Assembly (NCBI GenBank): GCA_965205265.1
Contig: CBDBGH010000003.1
Coordinates: 1,280,001 to 1,344,000 of the forward strand
Direction of reading: 5' to 3'
Source of the DNA: Alphaproteobacteria bacterium
Lineage (GTDB): Bacteria > Pseudomonadota > Alphaproteobacteria > Bin95
DNA: 64,000 bases
The notes under the pieces were generated by a model. The model was not told the DNA's origin and searched no databases. It saw only the letters and a program-made list of their open reading frames with translations. The position numbers were made by a program, and so were the translations under genes. Each line of letters opens with the position of its first letter. Positions within the stretch are counted from its first letter, which is position 1. Below, one piece after another: positions 11,276 through 21,075 of this stretch.

Positions 11276-12466
11276 ATGTCCGCCACCTTGCCTCTCGCCC
11301 ATATCAGGGTCCTCGACCTTACCCGCGCCCGCGCGGGGCCGACGGCCGTGCGCCAGCTTGCCGACTGGGGCGCCGATGTGGTCAAGATCGAGGCGCCGCC
11401 CGGCGAGGACGCGCGCTCGGTGGTGTCCGGCGCCCGCCACGGTTTCGACTTCCAGAACCTCCATCGCAACAAGCGGTCGATGACGCTCAACCTCAAGGCT
11501 GACAAGGGCCGCGGGATTTTCCTTGAGATGGCGAAAGACGCCGATGTCGTGGTCGAGAACTACCGGGCGGGCGTGAAGCACCGGCTCGGCATCGACTACG
11601 AGGCCGTCAAGGCCGTCAATCCGCGCATCGTCTATGGTTCCATATCGGGCTTCGGCCAGTCCGGCCCCTACCGGGACCGGCCGGGCGTGGACCAGATCGC
11701 GCAGGGCATGGGCGGCCTCATGTCGATCACCGGCCTGCCGGGACAGGGGCCGGTCCGGGTCGGCATCCCGATCGCGGACCTGACGGCCGGGCTGCACCTG
11801 GCGCAGGGCATATTGCTGGCGCTCTACGAACGCGAACGCTCCGGCGAGGGGCAGTGGGTGCACACCTCCCTGCTCGAGGCGCAGATCATGATGCTGGACT
11901 TCCAGGCGGCGCGCTGGACGGTCTCCGGCGAGGTGGCGCCGCAGGCCGGCAACGACCATCCGACCTCGATCCCGACCGGCGTGTTCCCGACCTCGGACGG
12001 CCACATCAATATCGCGGCCTCAGGTAACACCATGTTCGAGCGGCTATGCGGCGCGCTTGGCTGCCCGGAGCTCGTCTCCCATCCCGACTATGCCGACGAC
12101 GGCAGCCGCTCGAAGAACCGCGCCGCGCTCAATCGCGTGCTAGGCGAATACACGGCACGGCGCCCGAGCGAGGAGTGGGTGGTCGTGCTGAACGAGGCGC
12201 GCGTGCCCTGCGGGCCGATCAACAGCATCGACAGGACCATGACCGACCCGCAGGTGCGCCATCTCGGCATCGAGAAGACAATGGCGCATCCGAAGCTCGG
12301 CACGGTCGGCGTCGTCGGCCAGGCGGCCACCCTCTCGCGTAGCGGCGGCCGGCCCGATGTCCGCCTCCCCACCCCGGACCAGGGCGAGCACACGGCGGAA
12401 GTGCTGGCCGCGTTCGGCTATGACGATGCGGCGGTCGAGGCGCTCAGGGCGGAGGGGGTGGTGTAG
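11276..12466 (+). CDS. CoA-transferase family III (CaiB/BaiF)
   Basis: RVLDLT, LADWGADVVKIE, RNKRS, VENYR, ISGFGQSGPY. Confidence 0.92.
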   Translation: MSATLPLAHIRVLDLTRARAGPTAVRQLADWGADVVKIEAPPGEDARSVVSGARHGFDFQNLHRNKRSMTLNLKADKGRGIFLEMAKDADVVVENYRAGVKHRLGIDYEAVKAVNPRIVYGSISGFGQSGPYRDRPGVDQIAQGMGGLMSITGLPGQGPVRVGIPIADLTAGLHLAQGILLALYERERSGEGQWVHTSLLEAQIMMLDFQAARWTVSGEVAPQAGNDHPTSIPTGVFPTSDGHINIAASGNTMFERLCGALGCPELVSHPDYADDGSRSKNRAALNRVLGEYTARRPSEEWVVVLNEARVPCGPINSIDRTMTDPQVRHLGIEKTMAHPKLGTVGVVGQAATLSRSGGRPDVRLPTPDQGEHTAEVLAAFGYDDAAVEALRAEGVV

Positions 12467-12570
12467 GGCTTCCCCCGAATTAGGAAGAGGCACGGGGCGG
12501 CAGCAACGGAACGGGGCTTAAGCCAGGCGGTCCGGCGACAGGTTTGCGAGGCTTCGCGCCGTCTCTCCAG

Positions 12571-12928
12571 CGTCATACCCGGAACAAGTCCACGGCTGTC
12601 CGGTTTGGATTTTGTGGACAGAACGCATGGCTTGGATTCAACCGGGTTTCGAGGGGTCCGGCGGGATCGGGACTCGGATCGACGCCCGGCGTCCCAACCT
12701 TCACATCGTCATACCCGGACTTGTTCCGGGTATCCATGCGGCCGTCCGACGGAAGCTGTGGCGGGAGATACCCGGAACAAGTCCGGGTATGACGAAAGGG
12801 GGGCGTTCGGGCATGACGGACAGGAGGCCGACCGGGGACGCCGCGCGCGCCCGAAAACCCGATCGAAGCCCGCCCGGCTTTGCCCGACGGCTGAACCGGA
12901 CAGCAATGGAACAAGTCCGGGCATGACG
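12571..12928. repeat. CGTC-type REP hairpin split by a MITE insertion, with an internal REP dimer at 12707-12794
   Basis: Removing the insert restores CGTCATACCCG-GAACAAGTC-CGGGCATGACG; internal inverted pair CGTCATACCCGGACTTGTTCCGGGTATC ... GATACCCGGAACAAGTCCGGGTATGACG. Confidence 0.9.
12591..12908. mobile_element. non-autonomous MITE (318 bp), copy 1
   Basis: Imperfect TIRs CACGGCTGTCCGGTT / AACCGGACAGCAATG; 9-bp direct repeat GAACAAGTC at 12582-12590 and 12909-12917; homologous inverted copy at 26713-27057. Confidence 0.8.
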
Positions 12929-12995
12929 AAGGGGGGCGTTCGGGCATTACGGAACCGGACCGGACCCCGTATGAACGCCATTCTCGAACGGTCTC

Positions 12996-13355
12996 TCAGG
13001 CAATGGGGGCCGGGTCGTGCAGGTCGCGGGAATCCGAAGGCGCCTCAGCCCGGTCCTCCAGCCCGTAGTCGCGCACCACCGATGCCACCCGCAGGCGGTA
13101 GCCGGAAAACACCCCAGCGCGGCCGCGCGTCTGCGCGGCGCGGTGGCGCGGCCTGCAGCGCCAGGCGCGCACCGCCTCCTCGTCGCGCCAGAACGACAGC
13201 GACAGCAGCTTGCCGGGCCGGCTCAGGCTCTCGAACCGCTCAATGGAGATGAAGCCGTCCATCTCCATCAGCTCGTCGCGCAGCCCCGCAGCGATATCGA
13301 GATAGGCGTCCCGCTGGCCCTTGGCAGGCTCTACCTCGAATATGACGGCAATCAT
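12996..13355 (-). CDS. antibiotic biosynthesis monooxygenase (ABM) family protein
   Basis: MIAVIFEVEP, GFISIERFESL, LSLSFWRDEEAV. Confidence 0.9.
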   Translation of the reverse strand: MIAVIFEVEPAKGQRDAYLDIAAGLRDELMEMDGFISIERFESLSRPGKLLSLSFWRDEEAVRAWRCRPRHRAAQTRGRAGVFSGYRLRVASVVRDYGLEDRAEAPSDSRDLHDPAPIA

Positions 13356-13394
13356 CGGGCTTTCTCCCTTGCTTGGGCGTTCCGGCAGTCCGGG

Positions 13395-15524
13395 TCAGCC
13401 GAATACCGGCATGCCCAGCACGCCCCGCACCCGGTCCACCTGCTCCAGCGCCCACCGGAATTGCCGCTGCCTCGGCGCGGACATTTCCTTCGGCGCGACC
13501 GAATTGCCGTGGGGAATGCCGCGGCCGATATCGCGAAGCTGCTGGGCGAGGAGTTCGTCGAGCAGGGTGCGGTGCGCTTCGACGAGATTGCCGACGGCTT
13601 CCCGGCTGTCCGCCGCCAGCGCGGCCGCCGCTTCCAGCCGCGCGGGCGTCGAACGCTCCCTTATGCCGTGCTGGATGGCGAGAATCCGCGCGGCCGAGAA
13701 GATCGGCATGATGCCGTGGCGCTTGGCATCGAGGCGGCCCTTCTTTAGCCGGAGGCGCCCGAACATGCCGAGCGGCGAGGTGAAATCGACGGCATTGGCG
13801 CGAAGCGCAACCTGGAAGGCGCGCGCCTTTGCCGCCATGTCCAGCGCCTCGGCATGCAACGCCTCGCCGAGCGCCGCATCGCCGTAAACCGGGACGCTGT
13901 CGAAGAAAATGTCGCAATTGAGGACATCCTCCGGCAGCGAGCGGCCGATCCATCCGCCTACCGTCCGGCGCCAGCCGTCGAGGTCCATGCGCCACTCGGC
14001 GTTGCGGGCCATGACCCCGCCCTTGCAATAGGCGACGCCCGCGCCGTCCAGAATGTCGGCGAGCCGGCGCCCCAGTTCCTCGAACCACCGGTCCTCCGGC
14101 CCGCCGGGAGCGCCTGAGGCGAACACGACGGCATTGTCCTGGTCCATGGCGAGCAGGCTTTCGCCGCGCCCGCCCGAGCCCAGCACCAGCAGGGCGAACG
14201 GCACGGGCGGCGGCCCGAAGCCCTCCGCCGCCATGTCGCGTTCGGCCAGTTCCGCGGCGCGCCGCGTGAGCGCGCGGAGCTCGCGCGAGACCACCGAGGC
14301 GACGATGCGCGCATCCACCTCCTCGGCCGCAAGCCCGCCCGCGACCCTGGTCAGGTTCGCCCAGACCCGGCCGAGCTCGGCCGGCGCTTCCGCATGGTCG
14401 ATTTCCCGCGCGAGGAACACCGCATCGCCCGCGCGCTGCTTCAGCAGGTCGCGCGCGCTGACGGCGCCGGCGAGGCTGCCGTCTTCCGCCACGACGCCCA
14501 GATGCCGGAACCCGCCGACGATCATCAGCGTGTTCGCGCGGTAGAGGAACTCCGAGGCCGGGATCGTCACCAGCGGCCGGGCGGCGAAGCGGTCCACAGT
14601 TTCGTCCAGCGCGCCGGCCCCGAGCGAGTCGATGGCGCGGGCGATGTCCCGCTCGGTCAGGATGCCGATGCCGGCCTCCCCGCCGGAGGCGACGAACACC
14701 GAGCTGATTTTCCGCTCCGTAAGCTCCCGCAGAGCTTCGCGCAGGCTCATCGAAGGCGCCACGACGGCGGGCGGGGCGGACATGATGTCCTCCACGCGGT
14801 GCCGGAACGGGAAGCTGTCCACGCGGGCGAAGGCTCCCGGATCGACGCTTCGCGCCCGGTCCGCCGCAATGACGGGCTGCCAGCCCGCCTTCGCTTCCTC
14901 GTCCTGTTGCGGGGTGAGCGCGAGGCAGGCCCGCTCCGCCTGGGCAAGCGTCGCAATGCCTTTCTCCGCCAGCCGCGGCACCAGGGCGGCATAGACCGCC
15001 GCCGCGGCCCGCGCATCGCCGAGGGCGCTGTGCCGGCCGTCGATCCCGATGCCGAGCCGCTCGGCTGTAGCGTCGAGCGAGGGGGCGGGCAGGCGGAGCC
15101 CCGCCGCCGAGGCGAGCTGGCGAATGCAAAGCGAGCGATGGGGACGCCAGGGAAGCCCAAGCCGGTCGTGTTCGGCCTTGAGCATTGCGAGGTCGAAGCC
15201 GACCGCATAGCCGATCACGACGCGCGGTCCGATCCAGTCCGCGAGCGCCGGCAGGACCGTATCCGCCCTTTCCGCCCCCTGCACGTCCTCGTCCGCGATG
15301 CCGTGGACCGCCGTGGAGGATGGCGGGATGGGCATGTCCGGGTTGACCAGGCGGTCGAAGATGTCGTCGGCAAGCACGGCGCGGCCGTTCAGCGCCACGG
15401 CGCCCACCTGCAGCACCCGGTCCCTGCCGGTGTCGAGGCCGGTGGTTTCGGTGTCGAGCGCAACCGCCTCCAGCGACGCCAGCGGCACGGCGCCCGACCC
15501 CGCATCTTCCTTCCGGACGATCAT
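13395..15524 (-). CDS. fused DEDDh 3'-5' exonuclease / CBS pair / DUF294 nucleotidyltransferase-like protein
   Basis: LDTETTGLD, GFDLAML, RHSALGDA (DEDDh); CBS-like GILTERDI and GAVSARDLL; LGSGGRGESLLAMDQDNA and YCKGGVMARNAEW (DUF294); start chosen at MIVRKED. Confidence 0.88.
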   Translation of the reverse strand: MIVRKEDAGSGAVPLASLEAVALDTETTGLDTGRDRVLQVGAVALNGRAVLADDIFDRLVNPDMPIPPSSTAVHGIADEDVQGAERADTVLPALADWIGPRVVIGYAVGFDLAMLKAEHDRLGLPWRPHRSLCIRQLASAAGLRLPAPSLDATAERLGIGIDGRHSALGDARAAAAVYAALVPRLAEKGIATLAQAERACLALTPQQDEEAKAGWQPVIAADRARSVDPGAFARVDSFPFRHRVEDIMSAPPAVVAPSMSLREALRELTERKISSVFVASGGEAGIGILTERDIARAIDSLGAGALDETVDRFAARPLVTIPASEFLYRANTLMIVGGFRHLGVVAEDGSLAGAVSARDLLKQRAGDAVFLAREIDHAEAPAELGRVWANLTRVAGGLAAEEVDARIVASVVSRELRALTRRAAELAERDMAAEGFGPPPVPFALLVLGSGGRGESLLAMDQDNAVVFASGAPGGPEDRWFEELGRRLADILDGAGVAYCKGGVMARNAEWRMDLDGWRRTVGGWIGRSLPEDVLNCDIFFDSVPVYGDAALGEALHAEALDMAAKARAFQVALRANAVDFTSPLGMFGRLRLKKGRLDAKRHGIMPIFSAARILAIQHGIRERSTPARLEAAAALAADSREAVGNLVEAHRTLLDELLAQQLRDIGRGIPHGNSVAPKEMSAPRQRQFRWALEQVDRVRGVLGMPVFG

Positions 15525-15878
15525 CGCCGAACCCAGCCGCTCCTGCTCGGGGCATGCGAAACGAGAGAAGGCCTCGCGGGACCCGTTCCCGGCCAAGCTA
15601 TCGCGCCCGCCGCAGGCCGCCAAGAGAGCAGGGCTTCGCGGCGGAGGCGGGACGTTCGGGCCGCCGCGAGCCGATAGCTCGAAAGGGCCCACCCCAGCGA
15701 TGTGTCATGATATGTCATGTTTTGTATGCGCCGGGTTCATATGCTGTAGCCGTTTCGGGCATGAAGCCGTCCGCCGCTCGATCTCTTCCGCCTGTCCTCA
15801 CCACCGCCCCGGACGCCCGCAGAGCCCCCGTCCGCTCCCTTTTCATCATACTTGAATGCCCCCTTCGACAGGCTCTTC

Positions 15879-15965
15879 CGTCATGCCCGGACTCGTTCCG
15901 GGCATCCCTCCACCGCTTCTCCCGGGGCGGCCGCATGGATGCCCGGAACAAGTCCGGGCATGACG
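15879..15965. repeat. CGTC-type REP dimer, uninterrupted
   Basis: CGTCATGCCCGGACTCGTTCCGGGCATCC ... GGATGCCCGGAACAAGTCCGGGCATGACG inverted pair. Confidence 0.9.
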
Positions 15966-16003
15966 ATATGGGGGGCGGCCATGACGACTTGGGGACCGGG
16001 ACA

Positions 16004-16600
16004 CTACCGCCAGCCGGCATCCCCGCCTCCTTCTGCGGCTTCCCTTGCGGCGATTTCTGCGGCCTCGCGGCGTTCCTGGCGGGCGAGCCAGTCGTAGAAC
16101 GCCGGTGTGGTCAGCTTGCCCACATACTGGCGTTCGCCGAAGTTGTAGTAGTCCTCGCTGCCGTCGTAACTGTCCTCGTCCGGCACCAGCGGCCCGAAGC
16201 GGCGCTCCTGCTCCGCATGCCAGGCCCGGAACTCCGGCGTCTGCTGGCTGCCGACATAGACCTCGTCGAAATAGTGGTATTCGTCCTCGCTGCCGTCATA
16301 GCCGGTCTCGGGCTCCGGCTCCGGAACCCAGTCGTCGAGGTCCTCCGCCGGTTCCCCGATGACTGCCGGCTCCGGCTCGGGCATGCGGGCGGCGGCCCAG
16401 TCGAGGAGGTTGAGGATCTGGCGCAGATGGGAGAGCGCGGCGCGCCCGGCGCGGTGACGGTCGGCCAGGGCGCGGTCGTCCTCCGGCGGCGGCGCTGCGT
16501 TCATGTCCTGGGCATAAGCTTCGGCAAGGGCTGCGGCGGCGGGCGCCAGCTTTTCGGCCAGCATCGCCGCCAGTGCGGGGCGGGGGTCGGTTGCGGTCAT
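16004..16600 (-). CDS. hypothetical protein with two internal acidic/aromatic repeats (44-aa period)
   Basis: ATG at 16600 preceded by GGAGGAG; GC-rich third positions; YDGSED...YVG...TP.F..W...QERR occurs twice. Confidence 0.7.
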   Translation of the reverse strand: MTATDPRPALAAMLAEKLAPAAAALAEAYAQDMNAAPPPEDDRALADRHRAGRAALSHLRQILNLLDWAAARMPEPEPAVIGEPAEDLDDWVPEPEPETGYDGSEDEYHYFDEVYVGSQQTPEFRAWHAEQERRFGPLVPDEDSYDGSEDYYNFGERQYVGKLTTPAFYDWLARQERREAAEIAAREAAEGGGDAGWR

Positions 16601-17041
16601 CGTCTCTCCTCCTCCGACGGGAAGCGGGTCCCTGTTTCGCGCGTCTCCCGCGCGGGCGCCTGTGCCGGCGCGGGCGGGCGTTACGCGGCGGCGCGGTTCG
16701 CGCGCCTGATTGCGCGCGCGAGGCGGAGGGCGCACCTCTCCCGTCGGCTTCTCACGGGTTTTCAGAAACGGCGCCGCTCGGCCGCGCAGCACCCGGGGAG
16801 GCGGCTCCGGAGTCCGCTTCCCTGGGGACCATCATACCACACTCCGCCAGATGTCAAGCCCATATAGGGAACATAATTCAAAAATATCGGAAATTGTTCA
16901 TGTTTCAGCAAGGATGGAGAAGGGCGTCAACTCGGAAGCCTTTAGCGCCGCCGGTAGTCCAGGCGCGACATTGCCGCTGCGTGACGGCGGGGCGGGCGGG
17001 TGCTATCCGGGGCGGCGAAGCGTGAAGCCGGAGGGCCGCCC

Positions 17042-18610
17042 GTGACTGCCCGCGACCGCATACCCGTTCGCCGCGCCCTGATCTCCGTGTCCGACAAGAC
17101 GGGACTGGAGGCGTTCGGGCGCTTTCTTGCAGCGCGCGGCGTCGAAATCCTCTCCACCGGCGGCACGGCCCGGCAGCTGGGCGCGGCCGGGGTTCCGGTC
17201 GTGGAGGTCTCGGAGCGGACGGGCTTCCCGGAAATGCTGGACGGGCGGGTCAAGACGCTGCATCCGGCGTTGCATGGCGGGCTGCTGGGGCTGCGCGACG
17301 ACCCCGCGCATGTCGAGGCCATGGACGCGCACGGCATCCGGCCCATCGACCTGCTGGTCGTCAATCTCTACCCCTTCGCAGAGACGGTGGCCGCCGGCGC
17401 CGACGGAGAGGCCTGCATCGAGAATATCGACATAGGCGGGCCGGCGCTGATCCGCGCGGCCGCCAAGAACCACCGCTTCGTCGCGGTCGCCACGGCCCCG
17501 GAGCATCTGGACGCCATCCGCGCCGAAATGGATACGGACGGGGCGACGCCGCTGTCGCTCCGCCGCCGGCTCGCCGCCGAGGCTTACGGCCATACCGCAG
17601 CCTATGACGCGGCGGTTTCCAACTGGTTCGCCGGGCGGACGGGCGAGTCCTTCCCGCCCCGCATTTCGCTTTCGGGGGTCCGGCGCCAGACATTGCGCTA
17701 TGGCGAGAACCCGCACCAGTCCGCCGCGTTCTACACGGACGGCAGCGGCCGGCCGGGCGTGGCCACGGCCGAGCAGGTGCAGGGCAAGGAGCTCAGCTAC
17801 AACAATCTGAACGACGTGGATGCGGCCTTCGAACTCGCGGGCGAGTTCGAGCGCCCGGCGGTTGTCATCGTCAAGCACGCCAATCCCTGCGGCGTCGCCG
17901 TCTCGGAAAACCCGGTGGATGCCTGGGAGAAGGCGCTCGCCTGCGATCCCGTCAGCGCCTTCGGCGGCATCGTCGCCGTCAACCGTCCATTGGACGAGGC
18001 GCTGGCGGAGCGGCTGGCGGGGCTATTCCTCGAAGCCGTGATCGCGCCGGGCGCGGACGAGGCGGCCCGGACGCGGCTGGCCGGACGGACCAATCTCCGC
18101 CTGCTGCTGACCGGGGCGATGCCGGACCCGCTCGCGCCGGCCATGACCTTCCGTTCGCTCGCCGGCGGGTTCCTGTTGCAGAGCCGCGACAACGGCCGCG
18201 CGGGCGAGTTTCGCACCGTCACGAAGCGCGCGCCGGGCGAGGCCGAGATGGCGGATCTGAAGGTGGCGTTCACCGTCTGCAAGCATGTGAAGTCCAACGC
18301 CATCGTCTATGTGAAGGACGGGGCGACGGTGGGCGTAGGCGCCGGGCAGATGAGCCGGGTGGACAGCGCCCGGATTGCCGCGCGCAAGGCCGTGGATGCG
18401 GCCGAGGGCGGCGAACCGGCGACCGTCGGCTCGGTCGTGGCGTCGGACGCCTTCTTCCCCTTTGCGGACGGGCTGCTGGCGGCCGCGGAGGCGGGCGCCA
18501 CCGCCGTCGTGCAGCCGGGCGGCTCCGTGCGCGACGAGGAGGTGATCCGGGCGGCCGACGAGCGGGGCCTTGCCATGGTATTCACCGGCATGCGCCATTT
18601 CCGCCACTGA
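17042..18610 (+). CDS. purH: bifunctional AICAR transformylase / IMP cyclohydrolase
   Basis: [52 protein letters not shown]. Confidence 0.98.
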   Translation: MTARDRIPVRRALISVSDKTGLEAFGRFLAARGVEILSTGGTARQLGAAGVPVVEVSERTGFPEMLDGRVKTLHPALHGGLLGLRDDPAHVEAMDAHGIRPIDLLVVNLYPFAETVAAGADGEACIENIDIGGPALIRAAAKNHRFVAVATAPEHLDAIRAEMDTDGATPLSLRRRLAAEAYGHTAAYDAAVSNWFAGRTGESFPPRISLSGVRRQTLRYGENPHQSAAFYTDGSGRPGVATAEQVQGKELSYNNLNDVDAAFELAGEFERPAVVIVKHANPCGVAVSENPVDAWEKALACDPVSAFGGIVAVNRPLDEALAERLAGLFLEAVIAPGADEAARTRLAGRTNLRLLLTGAMPDPLAPAMTFRSLAGGFLLQSRDNGRAGEFRTVTKRAPGEAEMADLKVAFTVCKHVKSNAIVYVKDGATVGVGAGQMSRVDSARIAARKAVDAAEGGEPATVGSVVASDAFFPFADGLLAAAEAGATAVVQPGGSVRDEEVIRAADERGLAMVFTGMRHFRH

Positions 18611-18626
18611 CGGGACCCCAGCCCCC

Positions 18627-19556
18627 ATGCAAACCGGAAGGGCCTTGCCCCGCTCGGTCGCCGAGACCGGCGAACTCCTCGAAGCCGGCGACTATGTGTC
18701 GGACACGGCGCTTGCCACGGCCGTGTTCCTGTCGCTGAAACTCGGCAGGCCGCTCTTCCTGGAAGGCGAGGCGGGCACCGGCAAGACGGAGATCGCCAAG
18801 GTGCTGGCGAGCACGCTCGGCCGCCGGCTGATCCGCCTGCAATGCTATGAGGGCCTGGATGTGGCGTCGGCCGTCTATGAGTGGAACTACGCCCGCCAGA
18901 TGATCGAGATCAGGCTGGCGGAGGCCGCGGGCGATGCGGACCGCGGGCGCCTCGGGCGGGACCTGTTCGGGCCGGATTTCCTGATCGAGCGCCCCTTGAT
19001 GCAAGCCCTGCGCGCCGGCGAGGGCGGGGCGCCCGTGCTGCTGATCGACGAGCTCGACCGCACGGACGAGCCCTTCGAGGCCTATCTGCTGGAAGTGCTC
19101 TCGGACTTTCAGGTGACGGTGCCGGAAATCGGCCCGGTCCGCGCGGCGGTTCCGCCCGCCGTCGTCATCACCTCCAACCGCACGCGCGAAATCCACGACG
19201 CGCTCAAGCGGCGCTGCTTCTACCATTGGGTCGGCTATCCCGACGCCCGGCGCGAGCTGGACATCCTCGCCCGCAAGGCGCCGGCGGCCCCCGAGGCGCT
19301 GTCGCGCCAGGTCGTGGGCTATGTGCAGAAGGTGCGCGAACTCGACCTCTTCAAGCTGCCGGGCATCGCCGAGACCATCGACTGGGTGCATGCGCTGATG
19401 CAGCTCGACGCCGTCGCGCTCGACCCGGCGATGGTGAACGACACGCTCGGCGTGCTGCTCAAATACCAGGACGACATTGCGCGCCTGCAGGGCAGCGAGG
19501 CCGAGCGCATACTGACCGAGGTGCGGGCTGAGCTCGCAGCGGCGGGGGCGGCATGA
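18627..19556 (+). CDS. MoxR-type AAA+ ATPase (CoxD-like)
   Basis: GEAGTGKT Walker A, LLIDELD Walker [25 protein letters not shown]. Confidence 0.92.
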   Translation: MQTGRALPRSVAETGELLEAGDYVSDTALATAVFLSLKLGRPLFLEGEAGTGKTEIAKVLASTLGRRLIRLQCYEGLDVASAVYEWNYARQMIEIRLAEAAGDADRGRLGRDLFGPDFLIERPLMQALRAGEGGAPVLLIDELDRTDEPFEAYLLEVLSDFQVTVPEIGPVRAAVPPAVVITSNRTREIHDALKRRCFYHWVGYPDARRELDILARKAPAAPEALSRQVVGYVQKVRELDLFKLPGIAETIDWVHALMQLDAVALDPAMVNDTLGVLLKYQDDIARLQGSEAERILTEVRAELAAAGAA

Positions 19557-20758
19557 ATAGCGGGCGGCTGCCCGAGAACATCATGCATTTCGGCCGGGTG
19601 CTGCGCACCGCCGGCCTGCCGGTCGGCCCGGACCAGGTGCTGAAGGCCATCGAGGCGGTCTCGGCGGTCGATATGGCCGACCGGGCGCAATTCTACTGGG
19701 CCCTCCACGCCGCGCTGGTGAACCGGCGCGGCCAGCAGGAGCTGTTCGACCAGGCGTTCCACATTTTCTGGCGCAATCCCCGCCTGCTGGAGCGGATGAT
19801 GTCGCTGGTGATCCCGACCTCCAGCGTCGATACGGGGCCGGAGGAGTCCGAGCCGTTGGCGCGCCGTCTGGCCGAGGCGCTGACGCCTCAGGAGACCGGG
19901 CTTCAGGAGAGAGAGGGCGATGAGGAGGTCGAAATCCGCGCCGAGCTCACCTGGTCGGACCGGGAAGTGCTGCGCGCGATGGATTTCGAGACGATGTCGC
20001 TGGCCGAGCAGGAGGCCGCGAAGCGCGCCATGGCGAAGATGCGCCTGCCGCTCCGGCCCGTGCCCGCACGGCGCTTCCGGCTGCATCCGAGGGGCCGGCG
20101 GCCGGACCTGCGCGCCACCCTGCGCGGCGCGATGCGCACCGGTGGGGATTTCGTGGCGCTCCGGCGGAGACGCCGCCTGCGCCGCCCGCCGCCGCTGGTG
20201 GTGATCTGCGACATTTCCGGGTCGATGGCGCGCTATTCCCGGATGCTGTTGCACTTCATGCACGCCGTCACCAACGACCGCGACCGGGTGCAGTGCTTCC
20301 TGTTCGGCACGCGGCTGACCAATGTCACCCGCCAGCTTCGCCAGAAGGACGTGGACACCGCGCTTGCGGGCGTGGCGGAGGCGGTCGAGGACTGGTCCGG
20401 CGGCACGCGGATCGGCGCCTCGCTCAGGAGCTTCAACCGGCTCTGGTCGCGCCGCGTGCTGGGGCAGGGCGCCGTGGTGCTGCTCATCAGCGACGGGCTC
20501 GACCGCGACTCCGGCGAGGGGCTGGCGGTGGAGGTCGAGCGCCTGCACAAGTCCTGCCGCCGGCTGGTCTGGCTCAACCCGCTGCTGCGCTACGACGGCT
20601 ACGAACCGCGCACGCGCGGCGCGGCGGCGCTGATGCCGCATGTTGACGAATTCCGGCCGGCGCACAATCTGGATAGTCTTGAGGAGCTGGCCGCGGCGCT
20701 CGGGCGCGAGCCGGCCCGCCGGCAGGAGGGAGTGAGCGAATGGCTGACGCGGCTGTAA
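19553..20758 (+). CDS. VWA-domain protein (CoxE-like)
   Basis: CDISGSM MIDAS, DWSGGTRIG, ISDGLD, WLNPLLRYDGY. Confidence 0.92.
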   Translation: MNSGRLPENIMHFGRVLRTAGLPVGPDQVLKAIEAVSAVDMADRAQFYWALHAALVNRRGQQELFDQAFHIFWRNPRLLERMMSLVIPTSSVDTGPEESEPLARRLAEALTPQETGLQEREGDEEVEIRAELTWSDREVLRAMDFETMSLAEQEAAKRAMAKMRLPLRPVPARRFRLHPRGRRPDLRATLRGAMRTGGDFVALRRRRRLRRPPPLVVICDISGSMARYSRMLLHFMHAVTNDRDRVQCFLFGTRLTNVTRQLRQKDVDTALAGVAEAVEDWSGGTRIGASLRSFNRLWSRRVLGQGAVVLLISDGLDRDSGEGLAVEVERLHKSCRRLVWLNPLLRYDGYEPRTRGAAALMPHVDEFRPAHNLDSLEELAAALGREPARRQEGVSEWLTRL

Positions 20759-21075
20759 GCGAAGCGGACGCAATTCTGGACCGGGCGGCCGCATGGGCGG
20801 CGGCCGGCAGGGGCGTCGCGCTCGCCACCGTGGTCAAGACCTGGGGTTCGTCGCCGCGTGCGGTCGGCAGCCAGCTCGTGGTGGACGACGCGGGCGCCTT
20901 CGAGGGCTCGGTCTCGGGCGGCTGCATCGAGGGCGCGGTCGTGATCGAGGCCCGCCGCGCCATCGAGGACGGCGAGCCGCGCCTGCTCGATTTCGGCGTG
21001 AGCGACGAGGAGGCCTGGGAAGTCGGGCTCGCCTGCGGCGGTTCCATCGAGGTGTTCGTCGAGAAGCTGGCATGA
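20740..21075 (+). CDS. XdhC/CoxI family protein, N-terminal module
   Basis: ATVVKTWGSSPR, GSVSGGCIEG, GLACGG. Confidence 0.9.
   Translation: MADAAVSEADAILDRAAAWAAAGRGVALATVVKTWGSSPRAVGSQLVVDDAGAFEGSVSGGCIEGAVVIEARRAIEDGEPRLLDFGVSDEEAWEVGLACGGSIEVFVEKLA

Noticed and set aside
12464-12486. TAGGGCTTCCCCCGAATTAGG and, at about 12980-12998, TCTCGAACGGTCTCTCAG look like isolated IS ends
   Set aside because: They do not match each other and have no partner in the window, so the claim cannot be supported.
12544-13252. Short ORFs containing SYPDLFRVS / HTRTCSG / RNKSGYD peptides here, at 15.7-16.1 kb and at 26.5-27.1 kb
   Set aside because: Translations of REP palindromes, not proteins.
16865-16905. 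Possible LexA box in the AT-rich purH upstream region
   Set aside because: GAAC and GTTC are present but not in the alphaproteobacterial GTTC-N7-GTTC spacing.
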